A DNA stretch of 62,667 nt, the filler included, from Chiloscyllium plagiosum (lineage: Eukaryota), in NCBI RefSeq assembly GCF_004010195.1. It is 3 parts of one record of this genome, joined end to end, with 100 filler letters (N's around TTAATTAATTAA, not from the genome) between each part and the next. Parts side by side here need not be neighbours in the genome. Positions count along the whole stretch, not along the records: positions 28,955 to 58,884 come from NC_057716.1; positions 58,985 to 62,667 come from NC_057716.1; 1 more part is not named here. One strand, written 5' to 3'. How positions within the stretch are numbered: the stretch's first letter is position 1; the number at the start of each line of letters is the position of its first letter. The translations under genes were made by a program, and so were the position numbers. Of the stretch, positions 53,640 to 62,667 are shown piece after piece. Below the pieces are notes generated by a model, which was given only the letters and a program-made list of their open reading frames with translations, was not told the DNA's origin and did no database searches.

Positions 53640-53881
53640 GCAAAAACAGAAATTGCTGGAAAAGCTCTGCAGGTCTGGCAGCATCTGTGGAGAGAAATTA
53701 GAGTTAATGTTTCGCATACAGTGACTGTTTTTCAGAGGGGTTCTGAAGGGAAGGGTTCTGAAGAAGGGTCACTGGGTCCTAGATGTTAACTCTACTTTCT
53801 CTCCACAGACCTGTTGACCTTTTCCAGCAGCTTCTGATTTTGCTTCTGATTTCCAGCATCTGCACCTCTTTCAGTTTGTTA
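53640..53881. mobile_element. Inverted Penelope-terminus pair (family D)
   Basis: Imperfect 15-bp TSD tccagataataacaa / tccagattataacaa; CTGAAGA core at 53758-53764 with a decayed GAAA. Confidence 0.7.
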
Positions 53882-53941
53882 TCCAGATTATAACAACTTG
53901 CTGCATGAAAGAAACTCTTGTTGCTAGATTTTAGACAATGA

Positions 53942-54257
53942 TGGTATGGTGGCACAATGGTTAGTACTGCTGTCTAACAGCGCCAGAGACCCAGGGTTCA
54001 ATTCCTGCCTCCGGCAACTATCTGTGTGGAGTTTGCACATTCTCCCTGTGTCTGCGTCAGATTTCTCCAGGTGCTCCGTTTTCCTCCCACAGTCCAAAAA
54101 TGTGCAGGTTAGGTGAATTGGCCATGCTAAATTGCCCATAGTGTTAGGTGAAGGGGTAAATGTAGAGGAATGGGTCTGGGTGGGTTGCTCTTCAGAGGGT
54201 CGGTGTGGACTTGTTGGGCCGAAGGTCCTGTTTCCACGCTGTAAATAATCTAATCTT
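53942..54257 (+). mobile_element. HE1-type V-SINE
   Basis: Full head, V-domain and tail. Confidence 0.85.
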
Positions 54258-54344
54258 AAATTTGTATTCTCTAGTTACTGAAACCCTCGCTCCCACCCTC
54301 TGACACTGATGAAGAGTGGGCAGCACTCCACCCGGTGTTGGTAC

Positions 54345-54426
54345 CTGAACTCCGACCTCCACAATGGCCGCTGCCACAAATGCCAGAGCTGCAAAGACCA
54401 TCCCGAGCGTCATCCGTCTGAGGGGC
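54345..54426 (-). CDS. SLC15A2: SLC15A2 (PepT2) exon encoding a transmembrane helix
   Basis: CAG acceptor and GTACC donor; 82 nt; PLRRMTLGMVFAALAFVAAAIVEVGVQ resembles SLC15 LRKMAVGMILACLAFAVAAAVEI. The A2 rather than A1 assignment rests on the downstream exons and recalled synteny with HSPBAP1. Confidence 0.88.
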
Positions 54427-54740
54427 CTGGGCAGGAGTGAAGAAACAGAAGGTTTGCAGTTTTCAGGGACTTGACGTAAGAACATTAGAAGAACAGCGCG
54501 GGTGTTTATTTGTCAATGGAGCTGTTCGGCCGTTTGTATGTGACATTAGCTCAGCTCTATGTTCCTGTTCCCTCCACTGTCTGAGAGAAATCAGGAATCT
54601 GCCCATCTGACCTGAAAGTATATTCAATAGGAACAGGCACAGTCCATTCAGCCCATTGAGCCTGCTCCAGTATTCAATGTGAACACTCCAATACCTTTTA
54701 ACCACCCAATCCCATATGTCATTGGCATTCCGTATATCCT

Positions 54741-55320
54741 ACTGGTTTTCAGTGTATGCCATTGGTAATCAGAGTCCACCATTAGTAATCAGGCTATGCC
54801 ATTGGTAATCAGTGTCTGTCATTGGTAATCAGGATCTGCTACTGGTAATCAGTGTCTGTTACTGGTTATAAGGATATGCTATTGGTAATCAGTGTCCATC
54901 ATTGGTAATCAGTATATGCCATTGGTAATCAGTATCCGTCATTGGTAATCAGCATATGCTACTGGTAATCAGTGTCTGTCATCGGTAATCAGTATATGCC
55001 ATTGGTAATCAGAGTCCGTCATTGGTAATCAGGATACGCTACTGGTAATCAATGTCTATCACTGGTAATCAGGATATACCATTGGTAATCAGTGTCTATC
55101 ATTGGTAATCAGGATCTGCTACTGGTAATCAGTGTCTGTTATTGGTAATCAGGATATGCTACTGGTAATCAGAGTATATCATTTACAGTCAGTGTATGTC
55201 ATTAGTAACCAGTGTCCATCATTGGTAATCAGTGTGCACTGCTGGTAATCAGAGCACACCACTGGTAATCGGTGTATACCAATGCTAATCAGTGTATACT
55301 ATAGATAATCAGAGTACACG
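54741..55320. repeat. Minisatellite, 20-bp unit AYTGGTAATCAG + 8 variable nt, about 29 copies
   Basis: Strict 20-nt register visible across 580 bp. Confidence 0.95.
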
Positions 55321-55477
55321 ATGGAGAATGTGAATCATAATGGCCCATCTGCAACTCTCTGAGGAAGGGAATTCCAAAGATTCTCACCCCATCTCCAGGT
55401 GAAAGAATGTTTCCTCAGCTCAGTCCTAAATCATCAGCCTGTTAACCTGTAACCCTGTCCCTGCATTCAAGATTCCC

Positions 55478-56419
55478 ACAGCTACCTAAACTACACCTCC
55501 TCCCACCCTGCCCCTGTAAAAACGCCATCCCATATTCCCAATTCCTCCGTCTCCGCCGCATCTGCTCCCAGGAGGACCAATTCCAATACCGTACAACCCA
55601 GANNNNNNNNNNNNNNNNNNNNNNNNNNNNNNNNNNNNNNNNNNNNNNNNNNNNNNNNNNNNNNNNNNNNNNNNNNNNNNNNNNNNNNNNNNNNNNNNNN
55701 NNNNNNNNNNNNNNNNNNNNNNNNNNNNNNNNNNNNNNNNNNNNNNNNNNNNNNNNNNNNNNNNNNNNNNNNNNNNNNNNNNNNNNNNNNNNNNNNNNNN
55801 NNNNNNNNNNNNNNNNNNNNNNNNNNNNNNNNNNNNNNNNNNNNNNNNNNNNNNNNNNNNNNNNNNNNNNNNNNNCTCTGGGACACCCGGACCAACCAAC
55901 CCAACCACCCTGTGGTTCAACACTTCAACTCCCCCTCCCACTCCACCAAGGACATGCAGGTCCTTGGACTCCTCCATCGCCAGACCATAGCAACACGACA
56001 GCTGGAGGAAGAGCGCCTCATCTTCCGCCTAGGAACCCTCCAACCACAAGGGATGAACTCAGATTTCTCCAGTTTCCTCATTTCCCCTCCCCCCACCTTG
56101 TCTTAGTCCCAACCCTCAAACTCAGCACCACCTTCCTAACCTGCAATCTTCTTCCTGACCTCTCCGACCCAATCCCCACTCCGGCCTATCACCCTCACCT
56201 TTACCTCTTTCCACCTATCGCATTTCCGACGCCCCTTCCCCAAGTCCCTCCTCCCTACCTTTTATCTTAGCCTGCTTGGCACACCTTCCTCATTCCTGAA
56301 GAAGGGCTCATGCCTGAAACATCAAGTCCCCTGCTCCTTGGATGCTGCCTGACCTGCTGCGCTTTTCCAGCAACACATTTTCAGTTCTGATCTCCAGAAT
56401 CTGCAGTCCTCACTTTCTC
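55478..56419 (+). mobile_element. 5'-truncated Penelope-like element (family A) spanning a gap
   Basis: 17-bp TSD ctgcattcaagattccc at 55461-55477 and 56420-56436; endonuclease C-terminus LEEERLIFRLGTLQPQGMN; N-run 55603-55875. Confidence 0.85.
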
Positions 56420-56699
56420 CTGCATTCAAGATTCCCTGGCCAGGCGAAATAACCTCTCAATGTACCCTGTTACCCTCCGTCAAAATCTCATACAAATTGT
56501 TGTAAAGCCCATGTTGTAAAGCCCAGTAGTCTCTTTTGGTTTAAGATCAAGCAACTTCGTAAAGGCTGGCTGGGGTGTAAGGTGATGATGATGGTGTGGG
56601 TTTGTGTATCTGATAGCTTTAAAGCATCTTAAACCAAGGTGAGGGGGGGGGGTCTTAGACCAATTACATGTTTGAACCCCTCAGCATGGCCAATAGCTA

Positions 56700-58320
56700 T
56701 GGGAGTAAGGAAAATTACAGACCAATTAGCCTAACCTCTGTCATGGGTAAGATCTTGGAAACCATTGTGAAGGATAAGACTTATGAATACTTGCAAGTAT
56801 ATGGTTAAATAGGGCAGAATCAGCATGATTTCATCCAGGGTAGGTCATGCCTGACAAATCTGCTAGCATTCTTTGAGGATGTAACGAGTAGGTTAGACCA
56901 AGGAGAGCCAATGGATGTTATCTACCTGGACTTCAAGACCTTTGACAAGGTGCCGCACAGGAGGCTACTGACTAAGATAAGGGCCCATGGTGTTAGAGGC
57001 AAGGTGCTAACATGCATAGAAGCTTGGCTGTCTGGCAGAAAGCAGAGAGTGAGGATAAAAAGGGTCCTTCTCAGAATGAAAGTGAGGACTGCAGATGCTG
57101 GAGATCTGAGTCAAAAAGTGTGGAGCTCGAAAAGCACAGCAGGTCAGGTGGCATCGGAGGAGCAGGAGAGTTGACGATTCGGGCATAAGCCCTTTGTTCG
57201 GAATTGCGTTCCTGATGAAGGGCTTATGCCTGAAATGTTGACTCTCCTGCTCCTCTGATGCTGCCTGACCTGCTGTACATTTCCAGTGCCACACTCTTTG
57301 ATTCCTTCTTAGGTTGGCAGTTGGTGACAAGTGGTGTTCCGCAAGGATTAGTGTTGGGACCATAACTTTTCACTTTATATATTAATGATCGAGATGAAGG
57401 AACTGAGGGCCTTCTGGTGAAGTTTGCAGATGATACAAAGATAGGTAGAGGGACGGGTAGCATTGAGGAGGTGGGGAAGCTGCAGAAGGATTTGGACAGT
57501 TTAAGCGAATGGGCAAAGAAGTGGCAGATAGACAACGTGGGAAAGTGTGAGGTCATGCACCTTGGTCAGAAGAATAGATTTATGGACTATTTTCTCAATG
57601 GGGAGAAAATTTAAAAATCTGAACTGCAAAGGGACTTGGGCGTTCTGGTCGAGGATTCTCTCAAGGTAAACTTGCAGTAGTTGGGAAGGCAAATGGAATG
57701 ATGGCATTTATTTCGAGAGGACTTGAATTTAAAAATAAGGATGTGCTTCTGAGGCCACATTTGAAGTATTGTGCGCAGTTTTGGGCCCCAAATCTCAGGA
57801 AGGATGTACTGGCCCTGGAGCATGTTCAGAGGAGGCTCACGAGAATGGTCCCAGGAATGAAAGCTTAACATATGAGGAACATTTGAGGACTCTGGGTTTA
57901 TATTTGATGGAGCTTACAAGGATGAGGGGTGGGGGGATCTAGTTAAAACTTACAGAACACTGAATTGCCTGGATAGAGTAGATGTTAGGAAGATGTTTCT
58001 ATTGGTAGGAAAGACTAGGACCCAAGGGCACAGCCTTAGAGTAAAAAGAAGACTTTTCAGAACGGAGATAAGGAGAAACTTCTTCAGCCAGAGAGTGGTG
58101 AACCTATAGAATTCACTGCCACAGAAGGCTGTGGAGGCCAGATCATTGAGTATATTTAAGATGGAGATAGATAGGTTCTTGAGTGTCAAGGGGGTCAAGG
58201 GTTATAGGGTGAAAGCGGGACAATGGGGTTGAGAAACTGATCAGCCATGATTGAATGGCAGAGCAGACTTGATGGGCTGAATGGCCTAATTTCTGCTCCT
58301 ATGTCTTATGGTCTTATGTC
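56700..58320 (+). mobile_element. CR1 LINE fragment with a nested inverted family-A pair (about 57075-57300)
   Basis: NYRPISLTS, MDVIYLDFK.FDKVPH, GVPQG and KFADDTK; (tcttatg) tail. Confidence 0.88.
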
Positions 58321-58496
58321 TTAAATGAAGGAGCTGGTATTTATTTTGCACAACCTCAAGGCTATCCCATAACACATTACGGCTACCGAGTTGAAGGCAA
58401 AGAATTTTATATTTGAGGTGTGTGTGGATGGGGATAGAGTGCAGCTCAGCAATTGCATGGTTGAAAGAAATTTGGTGTTGGTTAAAATATTGGCAC

Positions 58497-58884
58497 TGAA
58501 AATGTGTTGCTGGAAAAGCGCAGCAGGTCAGGCAGCATCCAGGGAACAGGAGAATCGACGTTTCGGGCATAAGCCCTTCTTCAGGAATGAGGAAAGTTTG
58601 TCCAGCAGGCTAAGATAAAAGGTAGGGAGGAGGGACTTGGGGAAGGGGCGTCGGAAATGCGATAGGTGGAAAGAGGTCAAGGTGAGGGTGATAGGTCAGA
58701 CTGGGGTGGGGGCGGAGAGGTCAGGAAGAAGATTGCAGGTTAGGAAGGCGGTGCTGAATTCGATGGATTTGACTGAGACAAGGTGGGGGGAGGGGAAATG
58801 AGGAAACTGGTGAAACCCGCGTTCCTGCCTTGTGGTTGGAGGGTTCCTAGGCAGAAGATGAGGCGCTCTTCCTCCAACCATCAT
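58497..58884 (-). mobile_element. Penelope-like element 3' end (family A), running into the gap
   Basis: Reverse complement of about 56000-56385; minus-strand hammerhead ATTC CTGAAGA A GGGC ttat GCCC GAAA CG TC GATT near 58555-58590. Confidence 0.85.
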
Positions 58885-58983
58885 NNNNNNNNNNNNNNNN
58901 NNNNNNNNNNNNNNNNNNNNNNNNNNNNTTAATTAATTAANNNNNNNNNNNNNNNNNNNNNNNNNNNNNNNNNNNNNNNNNNN
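58885..58983. other. Assembly gap containing an artificial TTAATTAATTAA linker
   Basis: Linker at 58929-58940 within an N-run. Confidence 0.95.
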
Positions 58984-59156
58984 NGTGCCATCAGTGCGCC
59001 TGCGTTGCAGCCGGCCCCAGCCGACGTACCTGCGCTGGAGCAAAGTGCCATCAGTGCGCCTGCGTCGCAGCCGGCCCCAGCCGACGTACCTGCGCTGGAG
59101 CAAAGTGCCATCAGTGCGCCTGCGTCGCAGCCGGCCCCGGCCAATACACCTGCGTA
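58984..59156. repeat. CpG-rich 60-bp tandem repeat, about 3 copies visible, truncated by the gap
   Basis: Unit gtgccatcagtgcgcctgcgtcgcagccggccccagccgacgtacctgcgctggagcaaa. Confidence 0.9.
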
Positions 59157-59887
59157 CTAATGGCGGTCATCTGCCGCGCATGCGCAATTAATTAATATGG
59201 GTCAGAAGGTGTGAAAAGTGAAAGTTGTCCCATGGACTGTCTCCAGTGAATTAAACAGATCTGAGGTCTAACTGTGGCTGCCTCACGTCTTGTCAGAGAT
59301 TGGTTTGTGCTGTGGTGTTCATCTTTTTTTTTCCCTGGACATCGTCTTGTGTGGATCAGGAACCCCATCCTGACATGACTGGTTCTCCCACGTCCCCTGT
59401 ATTGTATTGTTACTGTGCTTTGTGTATCCAGTTGCAAGCTTTCTGATTCCATGTTTGTCTCAAAGAAATTTGTATGAGAAAAAAAGCTGCTAAAACAACT
59501 TTTCAAAATCTTTACATTCACATAGTGGTCTCTGCAAACAAAAGGATGTAACTTGTAAAAAAGGTTTTGTGATTTACATGTGAAAGAAGTGAAACTAGCA
59601 TGGTCACACTAACAGATGAGAGACTTAACAATTCTGTGTCTTACAATTGTGTACTCCACAATCACCTGATGAAGGAACATCGCTCTAAAAGCTAGTGTTT
59701 CCAGTTAAACCTGTTGGACTGTAACCTGGTGTGTGATTTTTAACTGTGTTTTGTTTGAATTACCTGGGAACTTGTGGACTTTCTCTGTGGCAATACCTCA
59801 ATCCATCAAGATTAAACTTTCTAAAAACAAAAGAGAAAATGCTGGAAAATCTCAGCAGGTCTGGCAGCATCTGTAAGGAGAGAAAAG

Positions 59888-59926
59888 AGCTGACGTTTCG
59901 AGTCTAACTGACCCTTTGTCAAAGCT
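59888..59926 (-). ncRNA. Hammerhead ribozyme motif with variant U3:A8 core
   Basis: Minus strand reads AGCT TTGACAA A GGGTC agtta GACTC GAAA CG TC AGCT: 4-bp stem I, 5-bp stem II. Confidence 0.7.
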
Positions 59927-60689
59927 AAAAAAAGGGGAGAAATAGGGTGGTATTTATACGAGGCTGAGAGAAGGTGAGTCATGGCTCCAGAAGCAAAGGT
60001 AGCAATAAAGAGATGATAATGACAGTGCATTAAGAGATTATAGGGAGATTAGGAGCTGTGAATGACCAAGGCTGAAGCCAGTGCTTTGTGACAAAATATG
60101 TGGGGGATGGGGGGGGAGGGGTGAAGCAGAGGCAAAATGGAAAACAAGGGAGAAGGGTAGCAAAGGGGGAAGAGGAGAGAAAAAGGTGATGAGAGAGTGG
60201 GGAGCGAGAGAAAGAGAGACAATCAAGAAATAAGAGGTACAGAACAGTGAAAAAAATATATAAAAAGAAAAGATAAATGAAATAAAATTATCTGAAGTTG
60301 TTGAATTCAGTGTTGAGACTGACAGGCTGTAATGTGCCTAATCGGAAGATGAGATGCTCCTCCGTTTGCGTTAGGCTTCACTGGAACATTGCAGCAGGCC
60401 AAGGACAGACATGTGGGCATGGGTGCAGGATTGTGTGTTGAAGTGGCAAGAAACAGGAAGGTCTGGGACCTGATTGCGTACAGACCGAAGGTGCGCAACA
60501 AAGCGATCACCCAGTCGGCGTTTTGTCTCTCCAATATAGAGGAGACCGCATTGGGAGCAATGAATGCAATAGATCAAATTGAAAGAGGTACAAGTGAAAC
60601 GCTGCTTAATCTGAAATGAGTGTCTGGGGCCTTGGATGGTGAGCATGGAAGAGGTAATGGGGCAGGTGTTGCACCTTCTGCGATTGCAC

Positions 60690-60815
60690 GGGAAGGTGCC
60701 GTGTGTGATGGGAGAGGTGTTGGGTGTGATGGGAAGGTGCCATGTGTGATGGGAGAGGTGTTGGGTGTGATGGGAAGGTGCCGTGTGTAATGGGAGAGGT
60801 GTTAGGTGTGATGGA
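60690..60815. repeat. 41-bp tandem triplication inside the Penelope element
   Basis: gggaaggtgccgtgtgtgatgggagaggtgttgggtgtgat, three copies. Confidence 0.9.
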
Positions 60816-61916
60816 GGAGTGGACTAGGTTCTCCTGGAGGGAACGATCTCTGCGGAATGCTGACAGGGGGAGGGAAGGGAAGATGTGTTTTGTGGTGGCG
60901 TCGTGTTGGAGTTGGCAAAAATGGCGGGGATTATTCTTTGCATGTGAAGGCTGGTGGGGTGAAAGGTGAGAACAAGAGGGACCCGATCCTTGTTCTGGGA
61001 GGGGAGGGAGGGGGTGAGGGTCATGGCGCGGGAGATGGATCGCACGCTGTCGAGAGCCCTGTCAACAACTGTAGGTGGGAAGCCATAGTTGGAGAAGAAG
61101 GAGCACATATTAAGAGCACCACTTTGGAAAGTGGCCTAATTGGAACAAATGCGGTGGAGGCGAGGGAGCTGAGAGAAAGGGATAGAGTCCTTACAGGACG
61201 TAGTCCAGGTAGCTGTGGGAGTCAGTGGGCTTGTAATGGATATTAGTGCTGGAAATGGAGACAGAAACGTCAAGGGAAGGAAGGTAAGTGTCGGAGATGA
61301 ACCAGGTGAAGATGATGGAGGAATGGAAACTGGAAGCGAAGTTTATGAATTTTTCCAGGTCAGGACGAGAGCATAAAGCCGCACTGAAATAGTCATCGAT
61401 GTACCGATAAAGCAGTCATGGGATGGTACCTGGGTAGGCCTGGAACAAGAAATGTTCCACATACCCCATGAAAAGGCAGGCATGGCTAAGACCCGTGCGG
61501 GTACCCATTGCTACACCTTTGATTTGGAGAAAATGGGATAAGTTGAAGGAGAAGTGGTTGAGAGAGAGAACAAGTTCAGCCAGGCGGAGGAGAGTGGTGG
61601 TGAATGGAGATTGTTCAGGCCTCTTTTCAAGAAAGAAGCGAAGAGCTTTCAAGCCGTCTTGGTGTGGGATGGAGGTGTAAAGAGATTGCACATCCATGGT
61701 GAAACTGTCTATTGTTAGAACCCTTGCTGATTTTTTTCATTTTTAAAATTCTTTTATCAATTTTGATTTCGAGCTGAAGCTGCCTTGTGAACGCTGTGAA
61801 ACAGCCTGTGGTAAAAGGAAAAGTAGATCAAACAAGCTTTTGTTTATTTGTGACACTAGGTCTGGGAGTTAATCACAGTTGTATTTAAACACATAGCTGA
61901 AGTTGGCTATTAATAC

Positions 61917-62667
61917 GATCAGTCCCCACACCAGGTCCTAGCTCCCAGCCCTGCCGTATTTTCACCATCCCTCCAGAACTACCCCTCTCTGAGGATGAAA
62001 AATCAGTCCTCGGCAGAGGCCTCACCTTCATTCCCCTACGCTCTTGGATTAACGAGTTCAACACGCGGTGAGACATCGAACAATTCTTCCACCCCCTTCG
62101 CCTCCGCGCCTACTTCTTCAACCAGGGTTCTCGCCCACCCTCTGACGATCCCTTCTCCCGCCTCCAACACACCCCATCCACCTGGACACCCAGTGCTGGC
62201 CTCTTACCTGCCCTCGATCTCTTCATAGCCAACTGCCGCCGCGACATTAACCGCCTCAACCGCTCCACCCCTCTCACCCACTCCAATCTCTCACCCTCGG
62301 AACGTGCAGCCCTCCACTCCCACCGTTCCAACCCCAACCTCACTATCAAACCGGCAGACAAGGAAGGCGCGGTAGTAATTTAGCGCACCGACCTTTACAC
62401 TGCTGAGGCTAAACACCAGCTTGTGGATACCTCCTCCTACAGCCACCTTGACCATGACCCCACCTCCCACCACCAAACCATCATTTCCCAGACCATCCAT
62501 AACCTCATCACCTCAGGGGATCTCCCATCCACCGCCTCCAACCTCATAGTCCCACAACCCCGCACCGCCAGTTTCTGCCTCCTGCCCAAAATCCACAAAC
62601 CCGACTGCCCCGGCCGACCCATTGTCTCCGCCTGCTCCTGCCCCACCGAACTCATCTCTGCATACCT
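61917..62667 (+). mobile_element. Penelope-like element ORF, N-terminal and early RT region (continues beyond the window)
   Basis: LSEDEKSVLGRGLTFIP, TIKPADKEGAVV and LLPKIHKPDCPGRPIVS, with in-frame stops. Confidence 0.9.

Larger units (their letters stand above)
59822..61705 (-). mobile_element. 5'-truncated Penelope-like element (family D): RT, GIY-YIG endonuclease and pLTR
   Basis: MDVQSLYTSIPH, QIKGVAMGT and RYIDD (RT); NLIYCIHCSQCGLLYIGETKRRLGDRF (GIY-YIG); stops and frameshifts present. Confidence 0.92.

Noticed and set aside
8698..54257. tRNA genes suggested by A/B-box motifs
   Set aside because: They are tRNA-derived heads of V-SINEs and other SINEs and lack a complete cloverleaf.
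54741..55320. CRISPR-like array (constant core with variable spacer)
   Set aside because: The period is only 20 bp, the variable parts are related to each other, there are no cas genes, and the context is a vertebrate intron.
14029..57300. Inverted-repeat elements interpreted as DNA-transposon MITEs
   Set aside because: TSDs are long and variable (11-17 bp), the arms are asymmetric, and identical sequences terminate RT/GIY-YIG Penelope elements.
59192..59521. 109-aa minus-strand ORF
   Set aside because: No recognisable homology or splice context.

Overview
Eukaryotic (vertebrate) genomic DNA. The repeat repertoire (HER1/CR1 LINEs, HE1-type V-SINEs, Deu-domain SINEs, Penelope-like elements) points to an elasmobranch, probably a shark (inference). 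The window holds two convergent protein-coding genes. HSPBAP1 is on + and is seen as its last two coding exons (13110-13220, 14384-14863). A PepT2-type peptide transporter, SLC15A2, is on - and is seen as seven consecutive, phase-consistent exons between 54426 and 35146; its last two coding exons were not found and may lie in an assembly gap. Most of the remaining sequence is nested retrotransposon debris. The most interesting signal is a dense set of Penelope-like element termini carrying minimal type I hammerhead ribozyme motifs in at least four sequence families. Many are tiny head-to-head inverted insertions flanked by 11-17 bp target-site duplications, and one family has a compensatory U3:A8 catalytic core (UUGACAA). 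There are three N-gaps, two with an artificial TTAATTAATTAA linker. No prokaryotic-type system (CRISPR etc.) is supported. All homology calls come from my recognition of motifs, not from a database search, and repeat boundaries are approximate.
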